DNA of 64,000 nt from Eledone cirrhosa (taxonomy: Eukaryota), in assembly GCA_964016885.1 (NCBI GenBank), contig OZ024740.1, positions 258,850,001 through 258,914,000 on the forward strand. The letters are read 5' to 3'. The notes beneath the pieces were generated by a model. The model made no database searches. It was not told where the DNA came from and worked only from the letters and a program-made list of their open reading frames with translations. Position numbers and translations under genes: made by a program. Shown here piece after piece: positions 1 through 11,345 of this stretch. Positions within the stretch are counted from its first letter, which is position 1; the number at the start of each line of letters is the position of its first letter.

Positions 1-539
1 AGAGAGAGAGAGAAAGAGGGAGAGGTGAGGAAGGGGTTAAAGCAAACAGAAGACAACGATGACTACTACGACGATGATGATGATGATGATGATGATGATG
101 AGGAGGAGGAGGAGGAGGAGGAGGAGGAGGAGGAGATCTGGTCAACTTTATGGGGCTGAAGTAAAGTGATTTAACAAGTCAATGGGGAAGAAAGAAATGT
201 TTTGTATTTTCGGTTGTCTTTGCTTTTCATTTGTTGTGTATTGTTTATTTCTCGACTCCTTTTACTGGAAAGTTGTTCTTGCATATTTAAAACATGTTAT
301 TTGTGGGCTTTCGTACCTACACACACATATACATATATGTGTGTAGTTGAGACAATCAGAGAGAGAACATGTGTGTGTGTGTGTGTGTCTACTAATGCTG
401 AACTAGTTAGCTAGATTGATAGATAAATAGATAGAAATGAATGAATGGATTCATTCATACGTAGATACATGCATTCACATATACAAACATACACACACGC
501 ACGCGCGCACACACACACACACTCACACACACACACACC

Positions 540-597
<58 letters not shown>

Positions 598-601
<4 letters not shown>

Positions 602-823
602 GCAGTATTAGTTGTAGATGTTATCGAGATGCAAGTGACATAATAACAGCAGAAACTAGAGATGAAATATACGTTTATTTTTTGTTGTAGCACAAACAAT
701 GGTGTTGTACAGAGGCTGGTTTCTGGCGTGTGATCCGTCGGCTTTCCAGTGGCTGTCTGTCTTTTTTTTCTGTCGTTCTCAACCGGCGTTGTTCTATCAA
801 AGAGCGTGAGGCGTCTTACTACA
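598..823 (-). repeat. 3' LTR of the Gypsy element
   Basis: Direct repeat of 5878-6103. Minus strand reads TGTAGTA...TGCTAAA. Confidence 0.95.
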
Positions 824-1049
824 GTACCTCGAGCCAGATTTTCAAACTATTGAAAATCGATGTCATTACTCACATGTGGAGTAAGATGGCGAACAATGCA
901 ACAAGGGGGAGCTATCCGCTCTAGCAAAAATTGAATCCAGAATAAGGATTTGAAAAATGTTAAAAAAAAAACGACATGCATGCATAAAAAAGACAAGGCA
1001 AAGGAAAAGCAGAAACACAGAGGCAAAAAAAAGGTGCAGCTAACATAGT

Positions 1050-4000
1050 CTAAATATAGACGGTGCTGCAAAGTTTTTTGGGCCAGTGGACCCTACGACC
1101 TGAACGGGTCGTGGTCTTGTAACGTGGCGATGGTGGTGGTGTAGGGACAGGCGATGATGGTGGATCAGGAACAGTCGTTCGCTCAACAGGCAAATACGAA
1201 GGGGTTCGTGGATCAGGAACCACAGCGTCCGTATCAAGGTGCGCCTGCTTAAGCCTGTCTAATGTAACTGTCACCCTGGACCCCTTAATGTCTAACGTGA
1301 AATGCTTAGCCGAGCGCGCTAAGACACGGTAAGGTCCAGTGTAAGGCTGTGTGAGCGGGGGCTTCACCGTATCATTCCTTACAAAGACATGCGTCCACGA
1401 GGCAATATCCCTCGGGACAGCAGTCTTGACAGTTTGTTTCCTAGTGTCCATTGGCGGCAAATCCTGGAAATAGGAGCGCAAACGGGACACGTAGGAAGCG
1501 TGATCTTGGGCATCAAGATCGATAGGGGCAAGCATTTGCCCGGGCAACGTCAGAGGGGCACCGTACAGTACTTCGGCCGGTGAAAATCCAAAGTCGACCT
1601 TCACCGTTGACCGAATCCCTAGTAGCACAATAGGGAGGTACTCGCTCCAATGCGCCGAGTCCATTGAGGCCATTAAGGAGGCCTTCAGTTGGCGGTGAAA
1701 ACGCTCCACCATACCATTCGAAGCGGGATGGTATGCCGTAGTTCGAATGCGTTTAGCACCAATTATTTTTGACAGCTCGAGGAAAAGGCTCGACTCGAAC
1801 TGTCGTCCACGGTCGGTAGTTATTGTGGATGGAACTCCATAACGAGAGATCCATCCAGACACAAGAGCACGTGCTGTTGTCTCCGCGGTGATGTTTTTCA
1901 AGGGGATGGCCTCAGGCCATCTCGAAAAACGGTCAATGACGGTAAGTAGATAAGAAAAACCATCGCTGACAGGCCAAGGTCCCACTATGTCAATATGAAT
2001 ATGCGAAAAACGCGCATCTGGGTTAGCAAAGGTACCCAGGGGAGCCTTGACGTGTCGATGGACCTTTGATTTCTGGCAAGCGACGCAGGAACGGCACCAA
2101 GCAGCAATTTCACGCCTCATATTTGGCCAGAAAAATCTAGCTGATATGAGCTTTGCTGTGGCAGAAGATCCTGGATGCGAGATACAATGAAATCCCAGAA
2201 ACACGGTCCGACGATGATTCTCTGGAACGAAGGGCCTAGGCACGTCCAAAGAGACGTCGCAGAGAATTTGGCCAACTGCAGTCGACAGAGGCAAGTATTT
2301 CATCTCGCAATTCGCAAACTCGGGCGATGTGACAACCAATGACTCAAGGGGAGGCTGATCCGCAGCCAAACGAGTCAGATCTATGTCAGAGGATGACGAG
2401 ATCGCTGTCACGGGCAAGCGGGACAAAGCATCGGCCGCTGTATTTAGTGAACCCGGAATGTGCTGGATATCACTCGTATATTGCGAGATGAAATCAAGGT
2501 GTCTCGTCTCTCTGGGCGAGTATTTATCAGCCTTCGCTCTCAAAGCAAAAGTCAATGGTTTATGGTCAGTGAGGATAGTAAATTGTCTACCCTCTAGCAC
2601 ATGTGAAAAATGTTTCACGGCCAAATAGATGGCTAAAAGCTCTCTTCCAAAGGTGCTGTAGCGCGTCTCAGCAGGATTTAGCTTTTTGGAAAAAAACTCC
2701 AGCGGTTGCTGGTAACCATTGATGTTTTGCTGTAGTACTGCGCCCACAGCGATATCCGATGCATCAACACAAAGCGTTAGCTTTGCACCGGGTACCGGGT
2801 GAGTCAGTAACGAAGCATTAGCCAAAACAGTTTTGGCGTGCTGAAAATCAGCAAGTTGAGTGTCTGTCAAAGAAATATCTTTGTTCTTCCTCCGACAATT
2901 TTTCAAAATTTCTGTCAGGGAGAAAAGCAACTTGGCACAATTTGGCACGAAACGCCTATAAAAGTTAACCAGACCTAAGAACTGGCGTAACTGACGTAGT
3001 GAGGTCGGTGGAGGCAAATCCTCTATGACCTTAACTCGCTCAGGCCGGGGTCGAATTCCGTCAGCATCGATGACGTGACCCAAGAAAGTCAGTGACTCAG
3101 CACCAAAAACACATTTGGGTGCATTAAGCTGCACGTTATACGCCTTCAATCGGCGGAAAAGAAGATTCAAATGGTGCGTATGCTGCTCTGGAGAAGAACT
3201 AGCAATGAGCAGATCGTCAATATAGGTATAGACGAAATCGAGGCCGCGAGTAACCTCATCCATAAACCGCTGAAAAGTACTAGCGGCATTCCTTAATCCG
3301 AACGGCATAGTCAAAAACTCGAAAGACCCAAATGGCGTAACTATAGCCGTTTTTGGAATGTCATTTTTATGGACAGGAATTTGATGGTACGCACGAATTA
3401 AATCCAGTTTGGAGAATATCTTGCATCCCTGCAACGAAGACGCAAAGTCTTGCAGATGAGGGATAGGATAACGGTCCGGTACCGTTATCGAATTCAGGCG
3501 TCGATAATCTCCAGTAGGTCTCCAATCGCCATTCGCTTTCGGTACCATGTGTAATGGGGACGCCCACGGGCTCGTGGACGGACGAATAATCCCCATTTGC
3601 AGCATATGATCAAATTCTGATCGTGCTGATTTGAGTTTGTCCGGAGGCAAGCGACGAGGGCGAGAGAAAACGGGAGCACCAGTTGTAGATATGAAGTGCT
3701 CCGTGGTATGAGTAGGTTCATCAAATCGAAAATTCCCCTGTGTCAGTTGCGGGAACGAGTTCAACAACGCATGGAAAGGATCACCGGTGTAAGCAAGAAA
3801 AAATATCGGGCTAACCGTTGGAACTCCTGCTGCCTTGCCAACAACAGTTAATCCCGTGATGCCATCAATTAGGTGTTTACCACGAAGGTCCACCGTCAAT
3901 GAAAAATGGTGGAGAAAATCCGCGCCTAGAATCGGATACGGCAAGGCAGCGACAGTAAATATCCATTTAAACTCGCGCCGCAGATTACGAAACTGCAAAG

Positions 4001-4244
4001 GTAACGAGATTTGTCCGAAAGTTCGAATCGGCGAACAATTTACTGCCTGCAACTCAATAGGCGTCTCAGGGGGAGTCTCCTTCATACAACACACAGGCCA
4101 TACGGAACAAGCTGCACCTGTGTCAACCAGAAAAGCTCTACCTGACAGCAGGTCCTCAATGAAAAAGTGGCGGTTAGATGTTGTTTCGCAGAGCGCACTA
4201 TCCGCCGTTAGTGACTCTGGTCGTCTTTTCCCTCGTAAGCACAA
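1050..4244 (-). CDS. pol: Gypsy Pol polyprotein (protease, RT, RNase H, integrase), probably expressed by -1 frameshift
   Basis: FLVDTGA (aspartic protease). [19 protein letters not shown] and YIDD (RT). [12 protein letters not shown] (RNase H). H..HPG..C..C zinc finger, DIVGP, TDRGRQF and NGMVERFHR (integrase DDE). GPY motif. Confidence 0.97.
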   Translation of the reverse strand: MCLRGKRRPESLTADSALCETTSNRHFFIEDLLSGRAFLVDTGAACSVWPVCCMKETPPETPIELQAVNCSPIRTFGQISLPLQFRNLRREFKWIFTVAALPYPILGADFLHHFSLTVDLRGKHLIDGITGLTVVGKAAGVPTVSPIFFLAYTGDPFHALLNSFPQLTQGNFRFDEPTHTTEHFISTTGAPVFSRPRRLPPDKLKSARSEFDHMLQMGIIRPSTSPWASPLHMVPKANGDWRPTGDYRRLNSITVPDRYPIPHLQDFASSLQGCKIFSKLDLIRAYHQIPVHKNDIPKTAIVTPFGSFEFLTMPFGLRNAASTFQRFMDEVTRGLDFVYTYIDDLLIASSSPEQHTHHLNLLFRRLKAYNVQLNAPKCVFGAESLTFLGHVIDADGIRPRPERVKVIEDLPPPTSLRQLRQFLGLVNFYRRFVPNCAKLLFSLTEILKNCRRKNKDISLTDTQLADFQHAKTVLANASLLTHPVPGAKLTLCVDASDIAVGAVLQQNINGYQQPLEFFSKKLNPAETRYSTFGRELLAIYLAVKHFSHVLEGRQFTILTDHKPLTFALRAKADKYSPRETRHLDFISQYTSDIQHIPGSLNTAADALSRLPVTAISSSSDIDLTRLAADQPPLESLVVTSPEFANCEMKYLPLSTAVGQILCDVSLDVPRPFVPENHRRTVFLGFHCISHPGSSATAKLISARFFWPNMRREIAAWCRSCVACQKSKVHRHVKAPLGTFANPDARFSHIHIDIVGPWPVSDGFSYLLTVIDRFSRWPEAIPLKNITAETTARALVSGWISRYGVPSTITTDRGRQFESSLFLELSKIIGAKRIRTTAYHPASNGMVERFHRQLKASLMASMDSAHWSEYLPIVLLGIRSTVKVDFGFSPAEVLYGAPLTLPGQMLAPIDLDAQDHASYVSRLRSYFQDLPPMDTRKQTVKTAVPRDIASWTHVFVRNDTVKPPLTQPYTGPYRVLARSAKHFTLDIKGSRVTVTLDRLKQAHLDTDAVVPDPRTPSYLPVERTTVPDPPSSPVPTPPPSPRYKTTTRSGRRVHWPKKLCSTVYI

Positions 4245-4984
4245 GGAGGCCTACAACGGGCGGCTTTTTTACCATATCTTTCATGGTAATAACAATATGT
4301 TGTTCCTGGTGTGTTGGAAGGGCTACGGTGGCGAGAAGTTGAATAACGTCGTGAGCGGCTCCTCTGCCGTCCAAAGGACCTGAATTCCGTGCACAACTCC
4401 TCCATTTGACGAGTCATGGCTTCCATAGTGGTGATTAATTTGTCATCAGACGCTGATGAGCGTGATTGAGGAAGAGAAGAGGAAGCAACGTACTTTGGCT
4501 TCGAAGTGTCTCTCTTCGTCACCTCTACAATTTTGTCCGCAGAGACAGCAATGTGATCCAGGGTATTCACCTCTAGCATATGGGCTAGGATCGCCTGTAC
4601 CTCTTGAGGTAGGCGAGAGAAGAACAATTGCTTCAGGAAAGGGCTATCCTGATCTTGGGAATCGCTCAAATCCCGCAAATGCCGGAGAAAAGCGGTAGGG
4701 GTCCTGTCACCTAATCGTTCGTCCTCGATCAGTGACCGAAAACGACTCTCTACCGACTTACAATTCCTCCTCAAAATCTCGCCCTTCAAAAACTCATACG
4801 TCAAGTCAGAGGGGGGGTCTGTAATTAGGTCTTGGACCGAATCTGCTAGATTAGGGGGAAGGCCGCTAATCAGTACAGCGAGGCGCTGGTCAGATTCGGT
4901 CTTACAGACCGTAAAATACGCCTGTAACTGGGCAAACCACATCTTAGGTTTTCCAGTAAAGGCGGGAAAATGTGGTACATTCAT
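4208..4984 (-). CDS. gag: Gypsy Gag protein
   Basis: ORF with first ATG at 4984. N-terminal [18 protein letters not shown] and C-terminal [18 protein letters not shown] knuckle, typical of this Gypsy gag type. Confidence 0.9.
   Translation of the reverse strand: MNVPHFPAFTGKPKMWFAQLQAYFTVCKTESDQRLAVLISGLPPNLADSVQDLITDPPSDLTYEFLKGEILRRNCKSVESRFRSLIEDERLGDRTPTAFLRHLRDLSDSQDQDSPFLKQLFFSRLPQEVQAILAHMLEVNTLDHIAVSADKIVEVTKRDTSKPKYVASSSLPQSRSSASDDKLITTMEAMTRQMEELCTEFRSFGRQRSRSRRYSTSRHRSPSNTPGTTYCYYHERYGKKAARCRPPCAYEGKDDQSH
4226..4232 (-). promoter_or_regulatory. -1 ribosomal frameshift slippery site G GGA AAA
   Basis: X XXY YYZ heptamer in the gag frame within the gag/pol overlap. pol is in the -1 frame. 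Confidence 0.75.
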
Positions 4985-5863
4985 GTCAACTTTTAAAATC
5001 AAAACAAATATATATACCTATATATCGAAAGAGCAATTAATGCACCCTTGTACAGTGAAAAGAGAACAGCCAATATTGAGAAAAAGTTAAAGGGCAAAAA
5101 GAAACAGACATTCAAAACATAAGGAAATATTCAAAATACATAAAATACAGATATATATCTTTTAAAAAAAAAAATTTCTTTCAACGTCTGTCCCCTCGCG
5201 TTGCTTCAACGAACCAGCCAAATCAAATAAGGTAAAAAAGAGGAAGAAAAAAAATGTTTTGTTTTTTTTTTAAATATATCCGCGTTGGATATCAACAAAG
5301 GTAGCCAGTGGCTAAAAATCCCTTAGAAAAAGGTAAGGCATGTATATCCCCATGCGGGGCAGTTATGTTCACAAAAAAAAGTTTAGTCTCTTCTCTCTTG
5401 ATCAGTCATGGAACACACACGCAATTCAAAATATGTGTCCGTTACAAAACTGGGAAGGAACGCAACGCCACCTTGGAAAAATACACTCTTTTCTTTTTTC
5501 TTCTGTAAGTTGCGAAAAAGTTGGCAACGGAAATGAAATATTCAAGTGAATAAAAAAAAGTTGCTCTAAATTATCGACACGAATGAATCGTTTTGATATT
5601 TCCGATGTGTGGTGGTTTGCGTCGGTAAGGTTATGAAACTGCCACTCACTATTCCCTGTTTTGGTCAATGGTTAAACAATGTTGTCGCTGTTGCTGCTGT
5701 CGTTGTTGCTGTCGAGTGTAGCAAAAAATCTTTTGAAATACTACTAACTTTCCGATAATTTTAAAAGGAATATTTTTTATTTTCACAAGTTGCGAAAAAA
5801 AAGGGCCGACAATGTGGCAATAAAAGTTCAATTGATGAAAAAGAAGGGCTGCGTTAAATTCTT

Positions 5864-5876
5864 ACGTCGGTCACCA
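5864..5876 (-). promoter_or_regulatory. Primer-binding site, tRNA-Trp-like
   Basis: TGGTGACCGACGT lies 1 nt after the 5' LTR. It resembles the tRNA-Trp PBS TGGTGACCCCGACGT with two C missing. Confidence 0.7.
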
Positions 5877-5877
5877 C

Positions 5878-6103
5878 TTTAGCAGTATTAGTTGTAGATG
5901 TTATCGAGATGCAAGTGACATAATAACAGCAGAAATTAGAGATGAAATATACGTTTATTTTTTGTTGTAGCACAAACAATGGTGTTGTACAGAGGCTGGT
6001 ATCTAGCGTGTGATCAGTCGGCTTTCCAGTGGCTGTCTGTCTTTTTTTTCTGTCGTTCTCAACCGGCGTTGTTCTATCAAAGAGCGTGAGGCGTCTTACT
6101 ACA
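5878..6103 (-). repeat. 5' LTR of the Gypsy element
   Basis: Direct repeat of 598-823, followed on the minus strand by the PBS. Confidence 0.95.
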
Positions 6104-6110
6104 TATATAT

Positions 6111-6268
6111 AAGATCCCGTTAAGGGTGAAAGCATCGATTTTTGCTTAAACTTTAATCTGTTATTTTAATAAACATTTGCTCTAGGGTTCTTATATATTT
6201 GATATATATTTATGCTTATCGAGCCCTCTTTGGATTTTAATCTTCGCATTTATTATTGTTGCTATTAT

Positions 6269-6271
<3 letters not shown>
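6111..6271 (+). mobile_element. PLE family A 3' end fragment (3' part of HHR plus tail)
   Basis: Matches 10982-11065 and continues into sequence also seen at 13555-13612 and 43197-43248. Confidence 0.75.
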
Positions 6272-6303
<32 letters not shown>

Positions 6304-8168
6304 TTTATTAAAATAACAGATTAAAGTTTAAGCAAAGAATCGCTGCTTTAATCCTTAACGGGATCTTCTGAAACTAAAAAAATCAATCTGTGAACGCAGA
6401 AGTAAATATTTCGAAAAACATTGCAACCGAAGGAAAACAGGAAGACGACACTTTGGTTCATGAAGACGTTCCCTGGCAATGAACGGAAAAAAAGCGAAGA
6501 TAATACGTCGTTATGTGGAACGATGATGATTCTTGGCTTCGGAGTTAAGAATAATGTAAATAAATTATTTGACCGAAAATGTCAGAGGTTATTATAATCA
6601 TAAAAGTAATAATAATTAAATATATACATACACACATCTATATACGTCCATACACGTGCATACACAAAACACACGCCATGCATGCATATACATGAACGTA
6701 CACATAAACACGCGCACACGTGCGTAAACCGGCACGACACAAATACCCGCACATATACGAACATACACACCAAATACACATATAAATATATGTGTGTGTG
6801 CATACATATAATTATAAATATACGCGCATAAATGCGTATATAACGCTCACACACATACCTACAGGTAAATACACGTATATTCACCAAACGTACATATACC
6901 AAAACCTATGTACACAACTACACACCACACATACGTGCAAATACACATACACAGTCATACATACCCATATATACACATATATAAAACATACAGCAACACA
7001 TACACATACCCAACGATAATCCATATATATATATATATATACATATATATACATACATACGTACACGCATAAATACATATACATAAACACCCACATATAT
7101 ATATATAAATATCTATATAAATCCACACACGCAAAACAAATATAAACATGTACATGCACATACGCATCCACGCATACCCATACATCCACATACACACACA
7201 CACTCCACACACACACGCACAAACACACACACACACACACATATATACATATATATATATATATACACATATATACACAAATATACAATATACGCATAAA
7301 TATACATAAATATACATAAATACATATATACACATATAAACATATTCGCATACAAATATACACGCATAAACCCGAAATACACATATACACATAACCATAT
7401 ACACACATAACAATATATACAATATATACTCCTACAAAATATACAAGCATATATACGTACGATAAAATATACGTACCTTCACAAACATACGGGTAAAGTA
7501 TACTTACCTATACAAATAAGTAATGGTATAAACATAAAATATACTTAGCTACCACATCAAGACGTAAATTATCCGCATATTGTTCGTATTATCCGTTAGA
7601 GTATAATGTGGGGCTGTAATACAGGAAAGTGTTATGATATTTGTGTTTACAAACCGAAATTGCCTTAGATTTTTTGCTTGGCGTAGAGTATTTCCGCGGC
7701 GCAAACATCGCATGGTCTTTTATTTCCGTTATACGATCTAGCCTAAACTAGGATCTTCCAGTGTAACCTATATTGGGTGTGGTTGTCTTTTAGACTCCAG
7801 ATATAAGCTGAAAGTGACGTCATGTTCCTTCTTAAAGGGTTAAGAAAAGAATGGGTGTGCATGAAAAGACGCTATTTGAATCTATTGGCAGTTAACCCTA
7901 TGTAGGCCCGACTAGACGTGAGTGTGTCGACCTTACATTTGTAGACAATATTACTGGAGAGGCATTTCCCGGATAGAGGGCAGTCAACCCGATTCCTACA
8001 ATTACAGTTAGTACTAGCTACAGGGTTGCATGTGTTCCTACGGCTAGGTAATTTGGCTAAATTTGAAGCAGTGATGTTATGTGCAAAGTTAGGAGTCGTG
8101 GAGTAAGATACTTTAACGGTATTTCTATTAAAAATGTTATTATATTTATGTGCTGAGGGGAAATGCTT

Positions 8169-8170
<2 letters not shown>
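6304..8170 (-). mobile_element. 5'-truncated PLE family A copy (degenerate GIY-YIG region, CA/TA-rich 3' UTR, HHR-bearing end)
   Basis: Diverged reverse complement of 9385-11045. HHR at 6325-6375 with GAAA mutated to TAAA. Flanked by (TA)n. Confidence 0.8.
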
Positions 8171-8229
<59 letters not shown>

Positions 8230-8283
8230 GTGGGAAAGTAAAAAATCGGAGAATAGACCGTTAAAACATGTTTATTTAAAATA

Positions 8284-8326
8284 TCACCTACGTACGTTTC
8301 GCCCAGTTGGGCTTCTCAAGGGCATA
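8284..8326 (-). ncRNA. Minimal type-I hammerhead, U3-A8 core variant
   Basis: tgccc TTGAGAA gccc-aact-gggc GAAA cgtacg TA ggtg, with palindromic stem III. Confidence 0.65.
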
Positions 8327-8487
8327 AATAATCACAAGTGTTCCTTATATAGTTCGGAAAGAATTTTGGGGGTTAAATCTACATCTTGTTTTGATTTTGC
8401 AGCAGGTCAAGGGAGGTAACTCAGGCCGGTGTTAGGGCAGTCTTTCCCGGATAATTTTTTTTTTTTTTAAATATATATGTGTTTTTT

Positions 8488-8540
<53 letters not shown>

Positions 8541-8675
8541 TAGAAAGTGAGGTCTTTTTAACAAAACGAAAAATAACCGAGGTGTCCTACACGAGTGAAA
8601 GTATAAAGAAAAAAACATGAAATCGAAAAGGGAACTGGAGTCTTATTTTTTTTAAATATATATATTTATTTGGTT

Positions 8676-8715
8676 CCATTGCCGGTTTCGCAGTTCTTCT
8701 GCTTTTCAAAAGTAG
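8676..8715 (-). ncRNA. Degenerate minimal hammerhead, U3-A8 core variant
   Basis: TTGAAAA gcag-aagaa-ctgc GAAA ccgg CA. U16.1 is mutated and stem I is weak. Confidence 0.45.
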
Positions 8716-8735
8716 AGTTGAGATGGAGGGTCTGT

Positions 8736-8788
<53 letters not shown>

Positions 8789-8810
8789 TATATAAATACA
8801 CTATATATAT

Positions 8811-8864
<54 letters not shown>

Positions 8865-8888
8865 ATATTTATTAAAATAACAGATTAA

Positions 8889-8939
8889 AGTTTAAGCAAA
8901 GAATCGCTGCTTTCACCCTTAACGGGATCTTCTGAAACT
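8889..8939 (-). ncRNA. Type-I hammerhead-like motif, family A (CAGAAGA core)
   Basis: Reverse complement of 10974-11024. Confidence 0.6.
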
Positions 8940-9312
8940 AACAAAGTCAATCTGTGAACGCAGAAGTGAATATTTCAAAAAACGTTGCAACCGGAGGAAG
9001 ACAGGAAGACGATACTTTGGTTTGTGGAAACGTTCCCTGGCAAAGAACGGGAAAAAACGAATATAATACGTCATTATTTGGAGCATGAAAAACAATTACA
9101 CGCAAAGACAAAACCACGTTTATGGTATAAAAGAAGTCGTAGACTAATATTCTATTAGGTGGTTCATAGAGACGTTCTCTGGCAATGGACGGAAAAAAAC
9201 GAAGATAATACGTTATATGTGGAACGAGGGAGAACAATTGCACGCAAAGACAAAACCACGTAAATGGTATAAGTGAAGTCGTAGACTAAAATTCTAAATA
9301 GATCCCGACACA

Positions 9313-9950
9313 TTATATGGTATACCCACCATATAATATGGAGGTGGCCACACCATTAGCTAAGATCTTTCTCTCCCTTATTATGAAGCATCTTCATTAC
9401 ACATAAATATAGTAAAATTTTTAATAGAAATACCGTTAAAATTTCTTACTCTACGACTCCAAACCTTGCACATAAAATCACAGCTTAAAATTTAGCTAAA
9501 CTACCTAGCCGTAGGAACACGTGCAACCCTGTAGTTAGTACTAACTGTAATTGTAGGAATCGGGTTGACTGCCCCCTATCCGGGAAATGTCTCTCTAGTA
9601 ACATTGTCTACAAATGTAAGGTTGAAACACCCACGTCCCGTAGGGCCTACATAGGGTTAACCGCCAATAGATTCAAGCAGGGCCTTTACATGCATACCCA
9701 TTCTTTTCGTTACCCTTTAAGAAGGAATATGACGTCACTTTCAGCTTATATCTGGAGTCTAAAATATAAGGTACACTGAGAGATGCTAGCTAGGGCTAGA
9801 TCGTATAACGGAAATAAAAGACCATGTGACCTCTGTACCACTGAGGCCATGGAAATACTCTACGCCAAAGACCACATCTGAAACAAAAGATCTGAGGCAA
9901 TTTCGGCTTGTAAATATAATTGCACAAAACCTTCCTGTATTACAGCACCA
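9313..9950 (+). pseudogene. Degenerate PLE linker + GIY-YIG endonuclease (Naiad-like CxCx5C type)
   Basis: Translatable blocks CNCRNRVDCPLSGKCLSSNIVYKCKVET, YIGLTANRFKQ, HSFRYPLRRNMTSLSAYIWSLK and CDLCTTE, with stops and frameshifts. Confidence 0.8.
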
Positions 9951-10973
9951 CATTATACCCTAACGGATAGTACGAACAATACGCGGATATTTTACGTCTT
10001 GATGTGGTATCTAAGTATATGTTATGTTTATACCATTATTTATTTGTATATGTAAGTATATATTACCTGTATGTTTTGTGAAGGTACGTATACTTTCTCG
10101 TACGTATATTTGATTGTATATGTTATGGCGTATATATTATATATTCTGGTACATATGCTTTTGGTTATGTGTATACGTGAGTTTTGCGTCTGTGTGAGTA
10201 TGCGGGTTCGTACGTATGTAGGGTGTGTGTATATGTGTACTTTGTGTTGGTTGACGTTCGTCTCCGAACATATGTGTATTTACTTGTAGGTATGTGTGTG
10301 CGCTTGTTATATACGTATTTATTTATTTATATGCATTTATTTAATTATATGTATACACACTCACACACACACACACATATTTTTATGTGTATTTGGTGTA
10401 TACATTCGTATGCGTGCGGGTACAGGCGTTGCGTGAGTTCTGTATGTGCGTGCGGTTTTTTTTTGTGTACGTGCGTGTATTTGTATACCTATGGCGAGTG
10501 TTTCCGCTTATGCTTATGTATGTACGTATATGGATGCGTGTATGTATTCATTTAATTTCAATTTCCTCTGTATTTTACTTACTTATTCTTAACTCGGAAG
10601 CCAAGAATCATTCGGTTTCCTAGTTAGAATTTTAGTTTACGACTTTGCTTATACCATTTACGTGGTTTTGTCTTTGCGTGCAATTGTTCTCCCCGCTCCA
10701 CATATGACGTATTATCTTCGTTTTTGTCGTCCATTGCCAGAGAATGTCTCTATGAACCACCTAATATAACTACGACTTCTTTTATACCTTAAACGTGGTT
10801 TTGTCGTTGCTTGTAATTGTTTTTCACTGCTCCAAATATTGACGTACTATATTCGTTTTTTCCCGTTCTTTGCCAGGGAACGTTTCCACGAACCAAAGTA
10901 TCGTCTTCCTGTCTTCCTCCGGTTGCAATGTTTTTTGAAATATTCACTTCTGCGTTCACAGATTGACTTTGTT

Positions 10974-11024
10974 AGTTTCAGAAGATCCCGTTAAGGGTGA
11001 AAGCAGCGATTCTTTGCTTAAACT
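10974..11024 (+). ncRNA. Type-I hammerhead-like motif, family A (CAGAAGA core)
   Basis: agttt CAGAAGA tccc-gttaa-gggt GAAA gca-gcgattctt-tgc TT aaact. All three stems pair. Confidence 0.65.
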
Positions 11025-11074
11025 TTAATCTGTTATTTTAATAAATATTTGCTCTACGGTTCTTTTCTTATATA

Positions 11075-11125
<51 letters not shown>

Positions 11126-11345
11126 ACGTTCGTCTCCGAACATATGTGTATTTACTTGTAGGTATGTGTGTGCGCTTGTTATATACGTATTTATTTATTT
11201 ATATGCATTTATTTAATTATATGTATACACACTCACACACACACACACATATATATATATATTTTTTATATATATTTTTATGTGTATTTGGTGTATACAT
11301 TCGTATGCGTGCGGGTACAGGCGTTGCGTGAGTTCTGTATGTGTG

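Larger units (their letters stand above)
598..6103 (-). mobile_element. Full-length Ty3/Gypsy LTR retrotransposon inserted in a (TA)n tract
   Basis: Two 226-bp direct LTRs (598-823, 5878-6103) with 4 mismatches by eye. TATA on both flanks (594-597, 6104-6107). gag and pol ORFs with PR-RT-RH-IN order. PBS next to the 5' LTR. Confidence 0.97.
8868..11070 (+). mobile_element. 5'-truncated PLE family A copy with inverted 3'-end duplication (8868-9297 versus 10624-11046)
   Basis: Inverted arm, degenerate GIY-YIG region, microsatellite-rich UTR and HHR end. The tail resumes at 13555-13612 after a nested insertion. Confidence 0.85.

Noticed and set aside
3835-4383. 182-aa ORF antisense to gag/pol
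   Set aside because: It is a shadow ORF of the retrotransposon coding strand with no motif.
9878-9882. In-frame TGA in the family A GIY-YIG as selenocysteine
   Set aside because: It falls at a Leu-type position (before NKRSE) in a copy with other lesions, not at a conserved Cys.
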